DNA of 64,000 nt, taken from contig JBAZJW010000001.1 in NCBI GenBank assembly GCA_041651055.1, positions 627,521 through 691,520 of the forward strand. The letters run 5' to 3'. This document shows positions 28,701 through 38,010 of the stretch, piece after piece. The first letter of the stretch is position 1; the number at the start of each line of letters is the position of its first letter. The stretch is from Minisyncoccota bacterium. Its GTDB lineage: Bacteria > Patescibacteriota > Minisyncoccia > Phycocordibacterales > UBA5272. Under the pieces are notes generated by a model, which was not told the DNA's origin, ran no database searches, and worked only from the letters and a program-made list of their open reading frames with translations. The position numbers were made by a program, and so were the translations under genes.

Positions 28701-28730
28701 CAAAACCGCCCTTTGGGCGGTTTTGCTTTC
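28701..28730 (+). terminator. rho-independent terminator
   Basis: AAAACCGCCC-TTT-GGGCGGTTTTGCTTTC. Confidence 0.7.
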
Positions 28731-28759
28731 ATTGGAAGAGGTGTATACTTAAGATTATT

Positions 28760-29290
28760 ATGGAACCAGAACCAAGACCGGCGCATCAAGAAAAATCAGT
28801 AAACAGATTAGAGCCAATGGAGGCGAAGAAGATAAGAGACGCAAGAAGTCGTATTTCCCATACTTATGAAACCGTTGGTTCATCTGAAGAAGATTTAGAA
28901 AAATTAACAACAGAAGAAAAGAATGTTTTTTATGAAGCAGAACTAACAGCTGCTCAAGCTGATTTAAAGTCACTCAAAGAATTTCAGGATTTCTACGTTA
29001 AAACACTTAACTATTTACCGGCAGATGATAAGAATTCTTTGCTGGCATTTGAAGAGAACCTAAAACACGGGTTATTAGATACACAAAGGAAGTGGATAGT
29101 TTCTTATCCGGAGGGAGATTTACAGGAAATGAAAGATGGTGTCGACGAAGAGATTGAGACTATTTGTAAAAACCCTTCTCAAATAAGAGCTCGTCTATTT
29201 GATAAAATAGAAGCGTATACATTTTCAGTTGATTCAATATCAAGAAGAATTGAAACGATAGAAGCTAGTCTAAAAGGTTTAAGAGGTTAA
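28760..29290 (+). CDS. hypothetical acidic protein inserted between secY and adk
   Basis: 176-aa ORF, helical/charged composition; no domain recognised. Confidence 0.5.
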   Translation: MEPEPRPAHQEKSVNRLEPMEAKKIRDARSRISHTYETVGSSEEDLEKLTTEEKNVFYEAELTAAQADLKSLKEFQDFYVKTLNYLPADDKNSLLAFEENLKHGLLDTQRKWIVSYPEGDLQEMKDGVDEEIETICKNPSQIRARLFDKIEAYTFSVDSISRRIETIEASLKGLRG

Positions 29291-29306
29291 TAAAGTAATT
29301 TCATAA

Positions 29307-29338
29307 CAAAAGCCGCCCCGTACGGGGCGGCTTTTTCT
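29307..29338 (+). terminator. rho-independent terminator
   Basis: AAAAGCCGCCCCG-TAC-GGGGCGGCTTTTTCTT. Confidence 0.75.
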
Positions 29339-29353
29339 TAATTTTGTGATAAG

Positions 29354-29977
29354 ATGGACAAACATATGGAAAAAAAGTTTTACATCATCATGGGGAGGTC
29401 AGGTGGAGGGAAAGGGACTCAGGCAGAACTTCTTAAGACTTACTTGGAAAGTAAGGGTGCTGAGAATGTTCTTCATGTGACCACAGGGGGAGCTTTTCGT
29501 GAATTTATTAAAGGGGAAGGTTTTGTTTCTAAACAAGCCAGAGAAGTTAATAATGCAGGAGGTCTTCAGCCGGAATTTTTGGCGATCTGGAATTGGACTA
29601 ATATTTTTATTAATTCCGTACAAGAAAACACGACAGTGATTTTGGATGGAGCCCCTCGAAAAGTAATTGAGATGAATGCCATGCATGCGGTTATTCCATT
29701 CTTAGGATATAGTAAGCCAATAGTTATCTATATTGAAGTTGGACGTGCATGGGCAAAAGATAGATTGAATTATCGTCAAGCGCAAAGTGAAGAAAAGCGC
29801 GCCGACACAAGTTCAGACGAGGAAATTGAAAAAAGACTCTCTCTCTTTGATGAAGATATTATTCCTTGTATAGAAAAGTTTGTTGAAGATCCTCGTTATA
29901 CGTACATTCATGTAAACGGTGAGCAAACAGTGGAAGAAGTACAAGCTGAACTGGTTGCAAAATTAAACCTTGCATAA
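29354..29977 (+). CDS. adk: adenylate kinase (divergent)
   Basis: P-loop GRSGGGKGTQAELL and DGAPR motif aligned to Adk GAPGAGKGTQA / DGFPR; spc-operon position. Confidence 0.7.
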   Translation: MDKHMEKKFYIIMGRSGGGKGTQAELLKTYLESKGAENVLHVTTGGAFREFIKGEGFVSKQAREVNNAGGLQPEFLAIWNWTNIFINSVQENTTVILDGAPRKVIEMNAMHAVIPFLGYSKPIVIYIEVGRAWAKDRLNYRQAQSEEKRADTSSDEEIEKRLSLFDEDIIPCIEKFVEDPRYTYIHVNGEQTVEEVQAELVAKLNLA

Positions 29978-29994
29978 GTGTGTAGTAAAAAAAT

Positions 29995-30762
29995 ATGAAA
30001 TACGATATCAAATTAAAAAATGAAAAGGACATAGAAAGCTTACGTGAAAGTGGTAAGCGTCTTTCGTCTGTTCTTCAAGCGGTAGCCAAAGAAGTAAAAC
30101 CGGGAGTAACTACGGGGTACCTGAATGATTTCGTATACAAAATGATTACTGACATGGGGGACAAGCCAGCTTTTCTTAATTACAAACCATTTGGCGCGTC
30201 GTATGCGTACCCTGGGAGTATTTGTATTTCTGTGAATGACGAAGTCGTACATGGTATTGGTGGGGATCGTGTGCTTAAAGAAGGAGATATTGTGGGTTTA
30301 GATGGAGGTGTGACACACAAAGGTATGATTTCTGACGCGGCCATTACGGTTCCAGTTGGTAAAATATCTGCCGAAGATGAAGAATTGTTACGCGTGACTA
30401 AGGCTGCGCTTATGGCCGGCATCAAAGCTGCTGTATGTGGTAAGTACGTGAATGATATTTCAAAAGCAATTGAAAAATCTATTCCAAAAAAGTACGGTGT
30501 TGTGAAGATTCTTTCAGGTCATGGTGTTGGCTACAAGGTTCATGAAGAGCCGTACGTGCCGAACTTCGACGATGGTGTAAAAGGTCCGAAACTTGTCCCT
30601 GGGCTCGTACTTGCGCTTGAGCCAATGGTAAATCTTGGTACCGACGAAGTGTATCTTGCAGATGATGGCTACACATTCATTACGAAGGATCATAAGAAAT
30701 CAGCGCACTTTGAGCATTCTATTTTGATTACAGAAAACGGACCAGAAATACTAACTAGTTAG
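29995..30762 (+). CDS. map: methionine aminopeptidase type I
   Basis: VVHGIGGDRVLKEGDIVGLDGG...HGVGYKVHEEP...ALEPM metal-ligand pattern. Confidence 0.9.
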   Translation: MKYDIKLKNEKDIESLRESGKRLSSVLQAVAKEVKPGVTTGYLNDFVYKMITDMGDKPAFLNYKPFGASYAYPGSICISVNDEVVHGIGGDRVLKEGDIVGLDGGVTHKGMISDAAITVPVGKISAEDEELLRVTKAALMAGIKAAVCGKYVNDISKAIEKSIPKKYGVVKILSGHGVGYKVHEEPYVPNFDDGVKGPKLVPGLVLALEPMVNLGTDEVYLADDGYTFITKDHKKSAHFEHSILITENGPEILTS

Positions 30763-30792
30763 GAGATAGTAGTTAGGAGTTAGGGGGGATAT

Positions 30793-30823
30793 AAAGAGCG
30801 GCGCCCATAGCGCCGCTCTTTAT
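30793..30823 (+). terminator. rho-independent terminator
   Basis: AAAGAGCGGCGCC-CATA-GCGCCGCTCTTTATG. Confidence 0.7.
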
Positions 30824-30870
30824 GTTCCTGTCCACTATCAACTCTAAACTAAAAACTGTAAACTGTATGT

Positions 30871-33591
30871 ATGAACACTCCGTTTACTACCCCCGAAGAA
30901 GAAATCAGTTTTCTTCGCTCACAAATTAAAGATAAAGTAGAAAAGGCAAAAGGCTTCGAAGGTCGCTTCACCGAGAAAGATCATGCACACGAAGTGGTAC
31001 GTGATTATCGCGAACTTCCTTTAGAAAAAGTAGTGGCACCGATAGCACAGGTTACAGCAGGTGAAACACATCGACTTCTCGAATGGCTCACTCCGCGAGA
31101 TACGGATGCGCAAGTACAAATGCTTTCACAGGTTATGGCAGACAAAGGAATAAAGAATGCATTTGTTATGGCAGAAAAGATGAATGATCCGCAGCTCGAA
31201 GATGACTTCGAGCGCTTTGTTGTGCAGTATCTTGTTTCAGGACATGAAATAAGAAACAATCTTTCCAAAGATGTATGGAAAGCTCTTCATATGAAGTTGT
31301 TTGAAATTGTGCTTCCAGATGCACAAGAAGGGCAAGGAAAACAGGCCAAAGAAATGATGGCGCTAATGGAACAATGGTATGCCTCGATGCAAGCGCTTGC
31401 GAGTGATGTGCTCAACAAAGAGAAGAATTATTATTCACTAGAGCTTGCGGTGGCGAATGGTTCCACGACAGCATCATTTTATTGTGCGGTGCATATCGAT
31501 TACGCGGCACTGTTTGAAAAGGTGGTACTCGGTGTATTTCCACAGGCCCAAGTCAGAGAACAGAAAGATGACTATAATATTTTCCATGCTCATGCGATCA
31601 CAGCAGCATCATACGCGACACATAGCACGCATCCGGCACTTCCTATCAAGACCTATGAGACCATGGAGGCTGATCCGATGGCACTTATCATTTCTTCCTT
31701 CACACGAATTGTAAAAGAAAATGAAGGACTTGCTCTCCAGGTGTTGGTGCGTCCAGCGGGGGATGTTTTCGCGAAGCGTTTTGGTGAAATGTTGGAAGAC
31801 TTACGTAAAGGGGAAACGCTCAAGCGTGTACTCGACAAGCAAAGCATACTTAAAGAGTCTCTCCATATTCTTGGTTTGATGTTTGAATCAACGAAAACAA
31901 AAGAAGAGATTGAAAAGAAAAAAGCAGAAGGAACGACCTTCGTGGATGAAAGCGCCCTCAAGCATGTACAAACAAAACTTTCAAAGACAATCATCGAAAC
32001 AAATATTCGTATTGTTGCTTCGGCGACGAGTTTGGTGCGGGCACAAGCGATACGCACCGATCTCGAGGCTGCTTTCTCACAGTTCACAGAAGTCGGAGGA
32101 AACAGCGTCATCTGGAAAGAAGTAGAGGGGCGTAAGCAGAAGGCGATGCTTCACCGCTTTTCATATCGTTTATGGAATGAAGACGAAAGTTATCCACTTA
32201 ACCTTGCTGAAATTGCTTCTGTTTTTCATTTCCCTTCACAGTCAAAAGATGTGGCCAATGTTCGTTCTTCCTCAGCCGCTACTGCACAAGCTCCATCTGA
32301 TATGCCTGCCGATGGAATTGTTCTCGGAATCAATAAATCCAGAGGTCAAGAACAAACTATACATTTTGGACGTGAAGATCGTATGCGTCACATGTATGTT
32401 ATCGGTCAGACGGGTACAGGAAAGACCGTGTTCATGAAGAATTTGATTATTCAGGATATAAAAAACGGCGACGGTTGTTGTTTCATTGACCCGCACGGAA
32501 ATGATATCCAAGATATTTTGGCGAACATTCCTCCAGAACGAGCGCAAGACGTTATTTATTTTGACCCAGCATATATGGCACGTCCAATGGGGCTCAACAT
32601 GCTTGAGTATGATAGGAATTACCCAGAACAAAAGACATTCGTCGTGAATGAACTCTTGGGAATATTCGATAAGCTGTTCGACATGCGAGCAACAGGGGGA
32701 CCAGGATTCGAGCAGTACTTTCGTAACGCGACATTACTCGTGATGGAGCATCCTGAAAGTGGTAACACGCTCCTTGATATTTCTCGTGTCTTTTCAGATA
32801 AAGATTATCGTGACTACAAACTTTCGAAATGTAAGAATCCACTCCTTGTACAGTTTTGGCAAAATGCAGAGAAGACAACAGGTGATCAAGGGCTTCAAAA
32901 TTGGACTCAGTACGTAAATAGTAAATTTGATGTCTTTATGTCAAACGACATTATGCGGCCAATTATTGCTCAAGAAAAGAGCGCCTTTAATTTCCGCGAC
33001 ATAATGGATAGTAAGAAAATCTTTTTGGTGAATCTTTCAAAGGGTCGTCTCGGGGATAAGAATGCAAGTTTACTCGGTCTTATTATTGTGGGAAAGTTTT
33101 CACAGGCAGCCCTCTCTCGCGTGGATATGTTCGGGAAACCGATGAATGATTTTTATTTGTACATTGATGAATTCCACAACGTCACCACAAACGCAATCGC
33201 CACCATTCTCTCTGAAGCCAGAAAATATCGTCTCTCACTTACTATCGCGCATCAGTACATTGGACAGTTGGAAGAAAGTATTAAGGGAGCAGTGTTTGGT
33301 AACGTGGGTACTATGGCTATATTCCGTGTTGGAACAGATGATGCGAAGTATTTGGAAACACAGTTTACGCCAACATTCACGTCAAACGATATTATGAAAA
33401 TAGAAAACTACCATGCGTATCTCAAGATGCTTGTCCGAGGTGAACCAAAAAAGCCTTTTGATATTGTCGCCCTTCCACCCCAAATAGGGGATGTATCACG
33501 TATCGATTCATTGAAAGAGTTGAGTTATTTGACGTACGGGCGACCGGCGGAAGAAGTTAACTCAGAGATTATGAAAAAATACTCTCTTTAA
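30871..33591 (+). CDS. large P-loop NTPase of the TraD/TraG/VirD4-HerA-FtsK-like superfamily with a ~480-aa N-terminal domain of unknown function
   Basis: Walker A MYVIGQTGTGKTVFMKN; Walker B LYIDEFHN; ARKYRLSLTIAHQYIGQL motif typical of TraG-D_C / HerA-like ATPases; no N-terminal TM segments. Confidence 0.6.
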   Translation: MNTPFTTPEEEISFLRSQIKDKVEKAKGFEGRFTEKDHAHEVVRDYRELPLEKVVAPIAQVTAGETHRLLEWLTPRDTDAQVQMLSQVMADKGIKNAFVMAEKMNDPQLEDDFERFVVQYLVSGHEIRNNLSKDVWKALHMKLFEIVLPDAQEGQGKQAKEMMALMEQWYASMQALASDVLNKEKNYYSLELAVANGSTTASFYCAVHIDYAALFEKVVLGVFPQAQVREQKDDYNIFHAHAITAASYATHSTHPALPIKTYETMEADPMALIISSFTRIVKENEGLALQVLVRPAGDVFAKRFGEMLEDLRKGETLKRVLDKQSILKESLHILGLMFESTKTKEEIEKKKAEGTTFVDESALKHVQTKLSKTIIETNIRIVASATSLVRAQAIRTDLEAAFSQFTEVGGNSVIWKEVEGRKQKAMLHRFSYRLWNEDESYPLNLAEIASVFHFPSQSKDVANVRSSSAATAQAPSDMPADGIVLGINKSRGQEQTIHFGREDRMRHMYVIGQTGTGKTVFMKNLIIQDIKNGDGCCFIDPHGNDIQDILANIPPERAQDVIYFDPAYMARPMGLNMLEYDRNYPEQKTFVVNELLGIFDKLFDMRATGGPGFEQYFRNATLLVMEHPESGNTLLDISRVFSDKDYRDYKLSKCKNPLLVQFWQNAEKTTGDQGLQNWTQYVNSKFDVFMSNDIMRPIIAQEKSAFNFRDIMDSKKIFLVNLSKGRLGDKNASLLGLIIVGKFSQAALSRVDMFGKPMNDFYLYIDEFHNVTTNAIATILSEARKYRLSLTIAHQYIGQLEESIKGAVFGNVGTMAIFRVGTDDAKYLETQFTPTFTSNDIMKIENYHAYLKMLVRGEPKKPFDIVALPPQIGDVSRIDSLKELSYLTYGRPAEEVNSEIMKKYSL

Positions 33592-33601
33592 GTCATAAAT
33601 C

Positions 33602-33705
33602 ACTTCACCCGCTTTGTTGTGAAAGATTTTTTCTCCCGCAATGTACTATTCGTACATTTTGGTCGTAAAAATCTTTCACGCCTCGCGCTTGAAGCAATTT
33701 CTGAC
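33602..33705 (+). repeat. copy B of the ~90-nt hairpin repeat family
   Basis: GCTTTGTTGTGAAAGATTTTTTctcccgcaatGTACTATTCGTACattttggtcgtAAAAATCTTTCAC: 13-bp outer stem plus conserved inner hairpin. Confidence 0.7.
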
Positions 33706-33740
33706 TTAAAGTAACCTCGTCTGATTGAAATAAGTATTCA

Positions 33741-33872
33741 CATACTCCTCACCTAACCCTTTATGTCAACTCTCGCAGGCCGACGGGCCGAGAGTGAACT
33801 GCTTTTTCAGCAGAAAAAGACAGTGTTTGATATAAAGGGTTGAGGTGAAAAAAGAGAAGAAATTTTGAATCT
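33741..33872 (+). ncRNA. copy 1 of a ~130-170-nt multi-stem repeat; candidate structured RNA
   Basis: CATACTCCTCACCTAACCCTTTATGTCAA ... internal hairpin CTCTCGCAGGCCGACGGGCCGAGAG ... CTGCTTTTTCAGCAG ... TTTGATATAAAGGGTTGAGGTGA closes a ~23-bp long-range stem; near-identical copy at 40563. Confidence 0.5.
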
Positions 33873-33948
33873 GGAAAAAGAAATTTGTAATTAAGCCCCC
33901 GTATTCACTACCCAGCATGCAATACCTGCTATATACTAAATAGTAATT

Positions 33949-34122
33949 ATGGATGCTGCTTTAATTATTTTAGCCCTCACTCTCATTGCCTACGTACCCC
34001 TCGCAGCCGTTTTACTTTTCGTGTGGTGGAAGTACGGTCAAGGTGAAGTGAAAGTTTCTATTGCTCGTGTGACGTTTCTCGCAGGATCATTTGCGTTAAT
34101 CGGTTACATGCTCATGCTATGA
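33949..34122 (+). CDS. small membrane protein (57 aa; YdbS-like partner?), overlaps the next gene by ATGA
   Basis: MDAALIILALTLIAYVPLAAVLLFVWWKYGQGEVKVSIARVTFLAGSFALIGYMLML; not in the ORF track (<60 aa); 4-nt overlap with the 34119 start. Confidence 0.5.
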   Translation: MDAALIILALTLIAYVPLAAVLLFVWWKYGQGEVKVSIARVTFLAGSFALIGYMLML

Positions 34123-34664
34123 CATTTGAACAAGAACACATGCTCGAAGAAGGAGAGGTGATACTCGAAAAAGTCCGTAAGCACTGGATTGTGTATGTGA
34201 ATGATTTTCTTATTCATTTTTTTGGATGTGCTATTTTTAGTATCGCAGCGATGTATTTGTCTTCAAAGGGTTCGCTTGTCTTTATTAGTACTTCGACGGG
34301 TTCTTATGGAGCGATGATTCTCATTATGTTCGTGCTCATTTTCTGGACAAGTTTTTTCTTCACATGGACGAAGAATTTTTTTGATGTTTGGTATGTAACG
34401 AATCAGCACATTATCGCTATTAATCAGAAGCAGATTTTGGAAAGAGAAGATGCTCATATGGAATTAAATCGCATTCAAGATATTTCTTTTGAAAAGAATG
34501 GATTTTTACAGACCATGCTCGGATATGGTGCACTTAAGGTTCAGAGTGCTGGGGCAGAGGTTGAATTCACCATAGAAGACGTGCGTGATGTAGAAGGCTC
34601 GGCTCATCGTATTATGGAATTGCGAGATGAAGCACAGAAACAGGTTACAGGTGATAGTTTATAG
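34119..34664 (+). CDS. membrane protein with bacterial PH domain (bPH_2 / YdbT-like)
   Basis: N-terminal two TM helices, then a ~100-aa segment ...VTNQHIIAINQKQILEREDAHMELNRIQDISFEKNGFLQTMLGYGALKVQSAG... resembling DUF304/bPH_2. Confidence 0.55.
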   Translation: MTFEQEHMLEEGEVILEKVRKHWIVYVNDFLIHFFGCAIFSIAAMYLSSKGSLVFISTSTGSYGAMILIMFVLIFWTSFFFTWTKNFFDVWYVTNQHIIAINQKQILEREDAHMELNRIQDISFEKNGFLQTMLGYGALKVQSAGAEVEFTIEDVRDVEGSAHRIMELRDEAQKQVTGDSL

Positions 34665-34670
34665 ACTACA

Positions 34671-34755
34671 GCAATACAAAAGCACGACACCTTCGGTGTC
34701 GTGCTTTTGTATTGCTGTTCAGATTCGGTGTCGTGCTTTTGTATTGCTGTTCAGA
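34671..34755. terminator. bidirectional terminator (21-bp perfect stem) between the bPH gene (+) and efp (-), with a 32-nt tandem duplication of its 3' arm
   Basis: gcaatacaaaagcacgacacc-ttcg-ggtgtcgtgcttttgtattgc; ttcggtgtcgtgcttttgtattgctgttcaga repeated at 34692-34723 and 34724-34755. Confidence 0.7.
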
Positions 34756-34924
34756 AAAATCAAGAAACTGTTTCAGCTACGAGGAGCCTAGAAATTTTTC
34801 AAAGAAGTCGTACACGCTAGTACGGCGACTGCGAAAAATTTCGTAGTTCGAGACGGCTTGGCCGCGAAGATATCATAAGCTAACAAGCTTGTGACAAAAA
34901 GTAGATGGAATAGTTTATTGGTTT

Positions 34925-35506
34925 TTACTTAGAACGTTCGAAATACTCACCAGTCTCTGTATTCACAATAATCTTATCTCCCACCTCGATAAAGAATGGT
35001 GTTGTAATCTGTGCGCCTGTTTCGATGGTCACCAACTTTCCTCCACCTGAAGCTGTGTTTCCTTTAATTGCAGGAGGGGCATCTTTTACTTCAAATGTCA
35101 TCTTGATAGGAAGTGTAATACCGATAACACGCTCTTCATCGTCATATTCAAACACCTTCGTATCGACAAGTGTATTATCTTTGAGATACTTCACACCATC
35201 ACCAATAACATCTGCATCGATTTCGAATCGTTCTGCACGATTGTTTGGATCACAGAACCAGTATTCACCTTTATTTGCGAAAAGGAAAAGTGCTTCTCGT
35301 TTTGATATGTCAGCTTCTTCTGCTGTGTCTGATGCATGGAATGAACTTGAAATAACCTTTCCATTGAGAAGGTTGCGCATTTTTACTTGGTTTTGTGGCT
35401 TACGCTTTTGTGTACGTGCCACATGAGATTCCAAAATTTCAAACGGTTGACCATCTACAAGAATGAACTTGCGAGGTTTGATTTCATCATAGTCGAGTGT
35501 TGCCAT
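34925..35506 (-). CDS. efp: elongation factor P
   Basis: MATLDYDEIKPRKFILVDGQPFEIL...FCDPNNRAERFEID...KGNTASGGGKLVTIETGAQI. Confidence 0.9.
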   Translation of the reverse strand: MATLDYDEIKPRKFILVDGQPFEILESHVARTQKRKPQNQVKMRNLLNGKVISSSFHASDTAEEADISKREALFLFANKGEYWFCDPNNRAERFEIDADVIGDGVKYLKDNTLVDTKVFEYDDEERVIGITLPIKMTFEVKDAPPAIKGNTASGGGKLVTIETGAQITTPFFIEVGDKIIVNTETGEYFERSK

Positions 35507-35721
35507 AGAGATAGGTTTTAGCTAGTAGGTTGTAGCTTGTAGCACAATACAAATAAATACCTTTGTATTGTGAACCAAGATACAGATAGCTTCTATCATA
35601 CCAAAAAATAGAGCAGGGAAGCAACCCGTGCAAGGGGCGTATGTACGGTTTGACATTATAGGTATAGGTTGTAGTATTGGTACTGTCAGTTCCGTAAATC
35701 AACAGCCTAAGGAGGCACATC

Positions 35722-36207
35722 ATGAGACAGGATTTTGTTATTGCAGCTATCACCATCATCATTCTTTTGATACTGTCATTTCTTTACTCACTCGGTCGTG
35801 AGGTGAGGCGTGACGCATATCGTGCCATGGTGCGTGGCGGCCCTCAGGGTTTACTCGTTGGGTTCTACAAAAAGATATACCCGACCAAGAAAACTGAGTA
35901 CTTCATGCATGGGGCGAAAGTTCCGAGTGAGTATGACCGCTTTTTCCGATCCGACACCAAAAAGATGCGAGAAATGGGTTTCAAGATTGAATCGGCGTAC
36001 CTCGATGAATACGGCCTGGTTCTTTCTGGTGACGCCTTCGAAAGAAAGCTCAACGACTACCACGAAGCCATGCATGCATGGCAAGAGACAAACCAAGGGA
36101 AGCCAGATGAAAGGGTAAGGCCGGAAGCGCCGTACCATTGCATCAAATGTTGGTATGAACCAACGGAACTCCAGCTCACTAGCCTGAGGGTTCGTGACTG
36201 GAAATGA
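35722..36207 (+). CDS. hypothetical protein with N-terminal TM anchor (elevated GC)
   Basis: 161-aa ORF; AITIIILLILSFLY TM segment; no domain recognised. Confidence 0.45.
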   Translation: MRQDFVIAAITIIILLILSFLYSLGREVRRDAYRAMVRGGPQGLLVGFYKKIYPTKKTEYFMHGAKVPSEYDRFFRSDTKKMREMGFKIESAYLDEYGLVLSGDAFERKLNDYHEAMHAWQETNQGKPDERVRPEAPYHCIKCWYEPTELQLTSLRVRDWK

Positions 36208-36227
36208 AGTAGCTCTCAGTCCTACAA

Positions 36228-36255
36228 AAAAGCGCCGCATCCGGCGCTTTTCTTT
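36228..36255 (+). terminator. rho-independent terminator
   Basis: AAAAGCGCCG-CATC-CGGCGCTTTTCTTTTT. Confidence 0.7.
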
Positions 36256-36303
36256 TTATGTATCCACATTGTCGACCATAAGCTGTCGACTGCAGGCTAT
36301 CTT

Positions 36304-37404
36304 TTACTCTGCTGGGGCATCATTTTCTTCTGGGTCCGCTGATCCAGAATAAGAAAGGGCACCAGATTCCAATTCTTTACGAATTGCTTTTTCAAGTTTA
36401 TCTCCCGCCTTTTTGTTTTCACGTAGATATGTACGCGCCGCATCATATCCTCGTCCTAGTTTCTCCTCTCCATATGAATAGCTTGTACCAGACTTTGTTA
36501 CCAATTTAAATTTCTCACCGAGTGCAAGTAATTCTCCTTCCCGAGAAATTCCTTCGTTGTACATAATGTCGAATTCAGTTGTTTTGAAAGGGGCCGCAAC
36601 TTTATTTTTCACAATCTTTACTTTTGTGCGGGCACCGACCACGTCATCTCCTTTTTTAATTTGCGCAATTTTACGAATATCGATACGAACAGAAGAATAA
36701 AACTTAAGTGCTTTTCCTCCTGGGGTTGTTTCTGGGTTGCCGAACATCACGCCGATTTGCATACGAATCTGATTGATGAAAATGATTACCGTTTGTGACT
36801 TGTGTGCGATGGCGGTGAGCTTGCGAAGCGCCTGTGACATGAGACGGGCTTGCTTGCCTACGTGTTGTGCTCCCATATCTCCTTCGATTTCATCTTTTGG
36901 TGTGAGTGCTGCCACTGAGTCAATGACAACAACATCCACCTTTCCACTTCGCACGATTGATTCTGTGATCTCGAGCGCTTGTTCACCGTTGTCTGGTTGA
37001 GAGATGAGGAGTTCGTTGATATTCACACCAAGCTTCTTGGCATACTCTGGGTCCATCGCATGTTCTGCATCGATGAATGCACAAATGCCTCCCATTTTTT
37101 GAGCCTCTGCGATGACGTGTAATGTGAGTGTCGTTTTTCCAGAAGATTCTGGGCCGAATATTTCAACGATACGTCCACGAGGAAGACCTCCAACGCCGAG
37201 AGCTGCATCAAGCCCGAGTGATCCGGTAGGGACCACGCCAACATCTACTTTCGGGGCGCTTCCCAATTTCATCATGGCACCTTCACCGAATTTATTTTGT
37301 ATTTCACGAAGAAGAGCGTCAGAATTTCCTGAACGATTTCCTTTTTCACCCTCTTCGCGCACGCCAACTGTTTTTAATGGTTTAACAACTTTTTTCTTCA
37401 TCAT
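36304..37404 (-). CDS. recA: recombinase A
   Basis: [13 protein letters not shown] Walker A; IVIDSVAAL; [22 protein letters not shown]. Confidence 0.97.
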   Translation of the reverse strand: MMKKKVVKPLKTVGVREEGEKGNRSGNSDALLREIQNKFGEGAMMKLGSAPKVDVGVVPTGSLGLDAALGVGGLPRGRIVEIFGPESSGKTTLTLHVIAEAQKMGGICAFIDAEHAMDPEYAKKLGVNINELLISQPDNGEQALEITESIVRSGKVDVVVIDSVAALTPKDEIEGDMGAQHVGKQARLMSQALRKLTAIAHKSQTVIIFINQIRMQIGVMFGNPETTPGGKALKFYSSVRIDIRKIAQIKKGDDVVGARTKVKIVKNKVAAPFKTTEFDIMYNEGISREGELLALGEKFKLVTKSGTSYSYGEEKLGRGYDAARTYLRENKKAGDKLEKAIRKELESGALSYSGSADPEENDAPAE

Positions 37405-37539
37405 AGTGATTATAGTATAGCAAGAATAGTTGAAAAGTCCGTAAAGTGGAAAGTCCGTAAAGGGGAACGCGTGACACCGAAGGTGTCACGCGTTCCGTAC
37501 CAGAAACTCCTTTTGACTTTCAACTTTATGGACTTTTGA

Positions 37540-37893
37540 CTAATTCGGTACCACTCTCAGTGTTTTCATTACTTTTGCACCATATTGATCAGTCGCAACC
37601 ATTACGATTATAGTATAAGGGGAATTTGCCACGAGAAGTTCCACGAATCGCCCTTCGGCGTCGATCGTTATTAGTTTACCTTGAAGGGTTATTTCGCGTG
37701 CGCGCACCACTTGCCCTGATATTTGAAAGGTGGAACTCGCCACCGTATCTCCATCTTGTGGTGCGTAGAGGGTGATTGTAGGCCCCATAAGGAGAGGGTA
37801 GGCACGAAAGGCTCCATAACCTAAAGCAATGAGGATAAGTATGAGCAGGGCATAGAGTTCTACTTTTTTCCGAACGTCATAGAGAGGGGTCAT
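37540..37893 (-). CDS. hypothetical small membrane-anchored protein
   Basis: 117 aa; TM helix LYALLILILIALGYGAF; unknown function. Confidence 0.45.
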   Translation of the reverse strand: MTPLYDVRKKVELYALLILILIALGYGAFRAYPLLMGPTITLYAPQDGDTVASSTFQISGQVVRAREITLQGKLITIDAEGRFVELLVANSPYTIIVMVATDQYGAKVMKTLRVVPN

Positions 37894-38010
37894 GAATGTC
37901 AGTCTAAAGTAGAAAGTTCATAAAGTCCATAAAGAAATAACGGGGAGGTCTGCCGACCTCCCCGTTATCCCGTATTTACTTTACAAACTTTATTAACTTT
38001 TTACTTCTCA

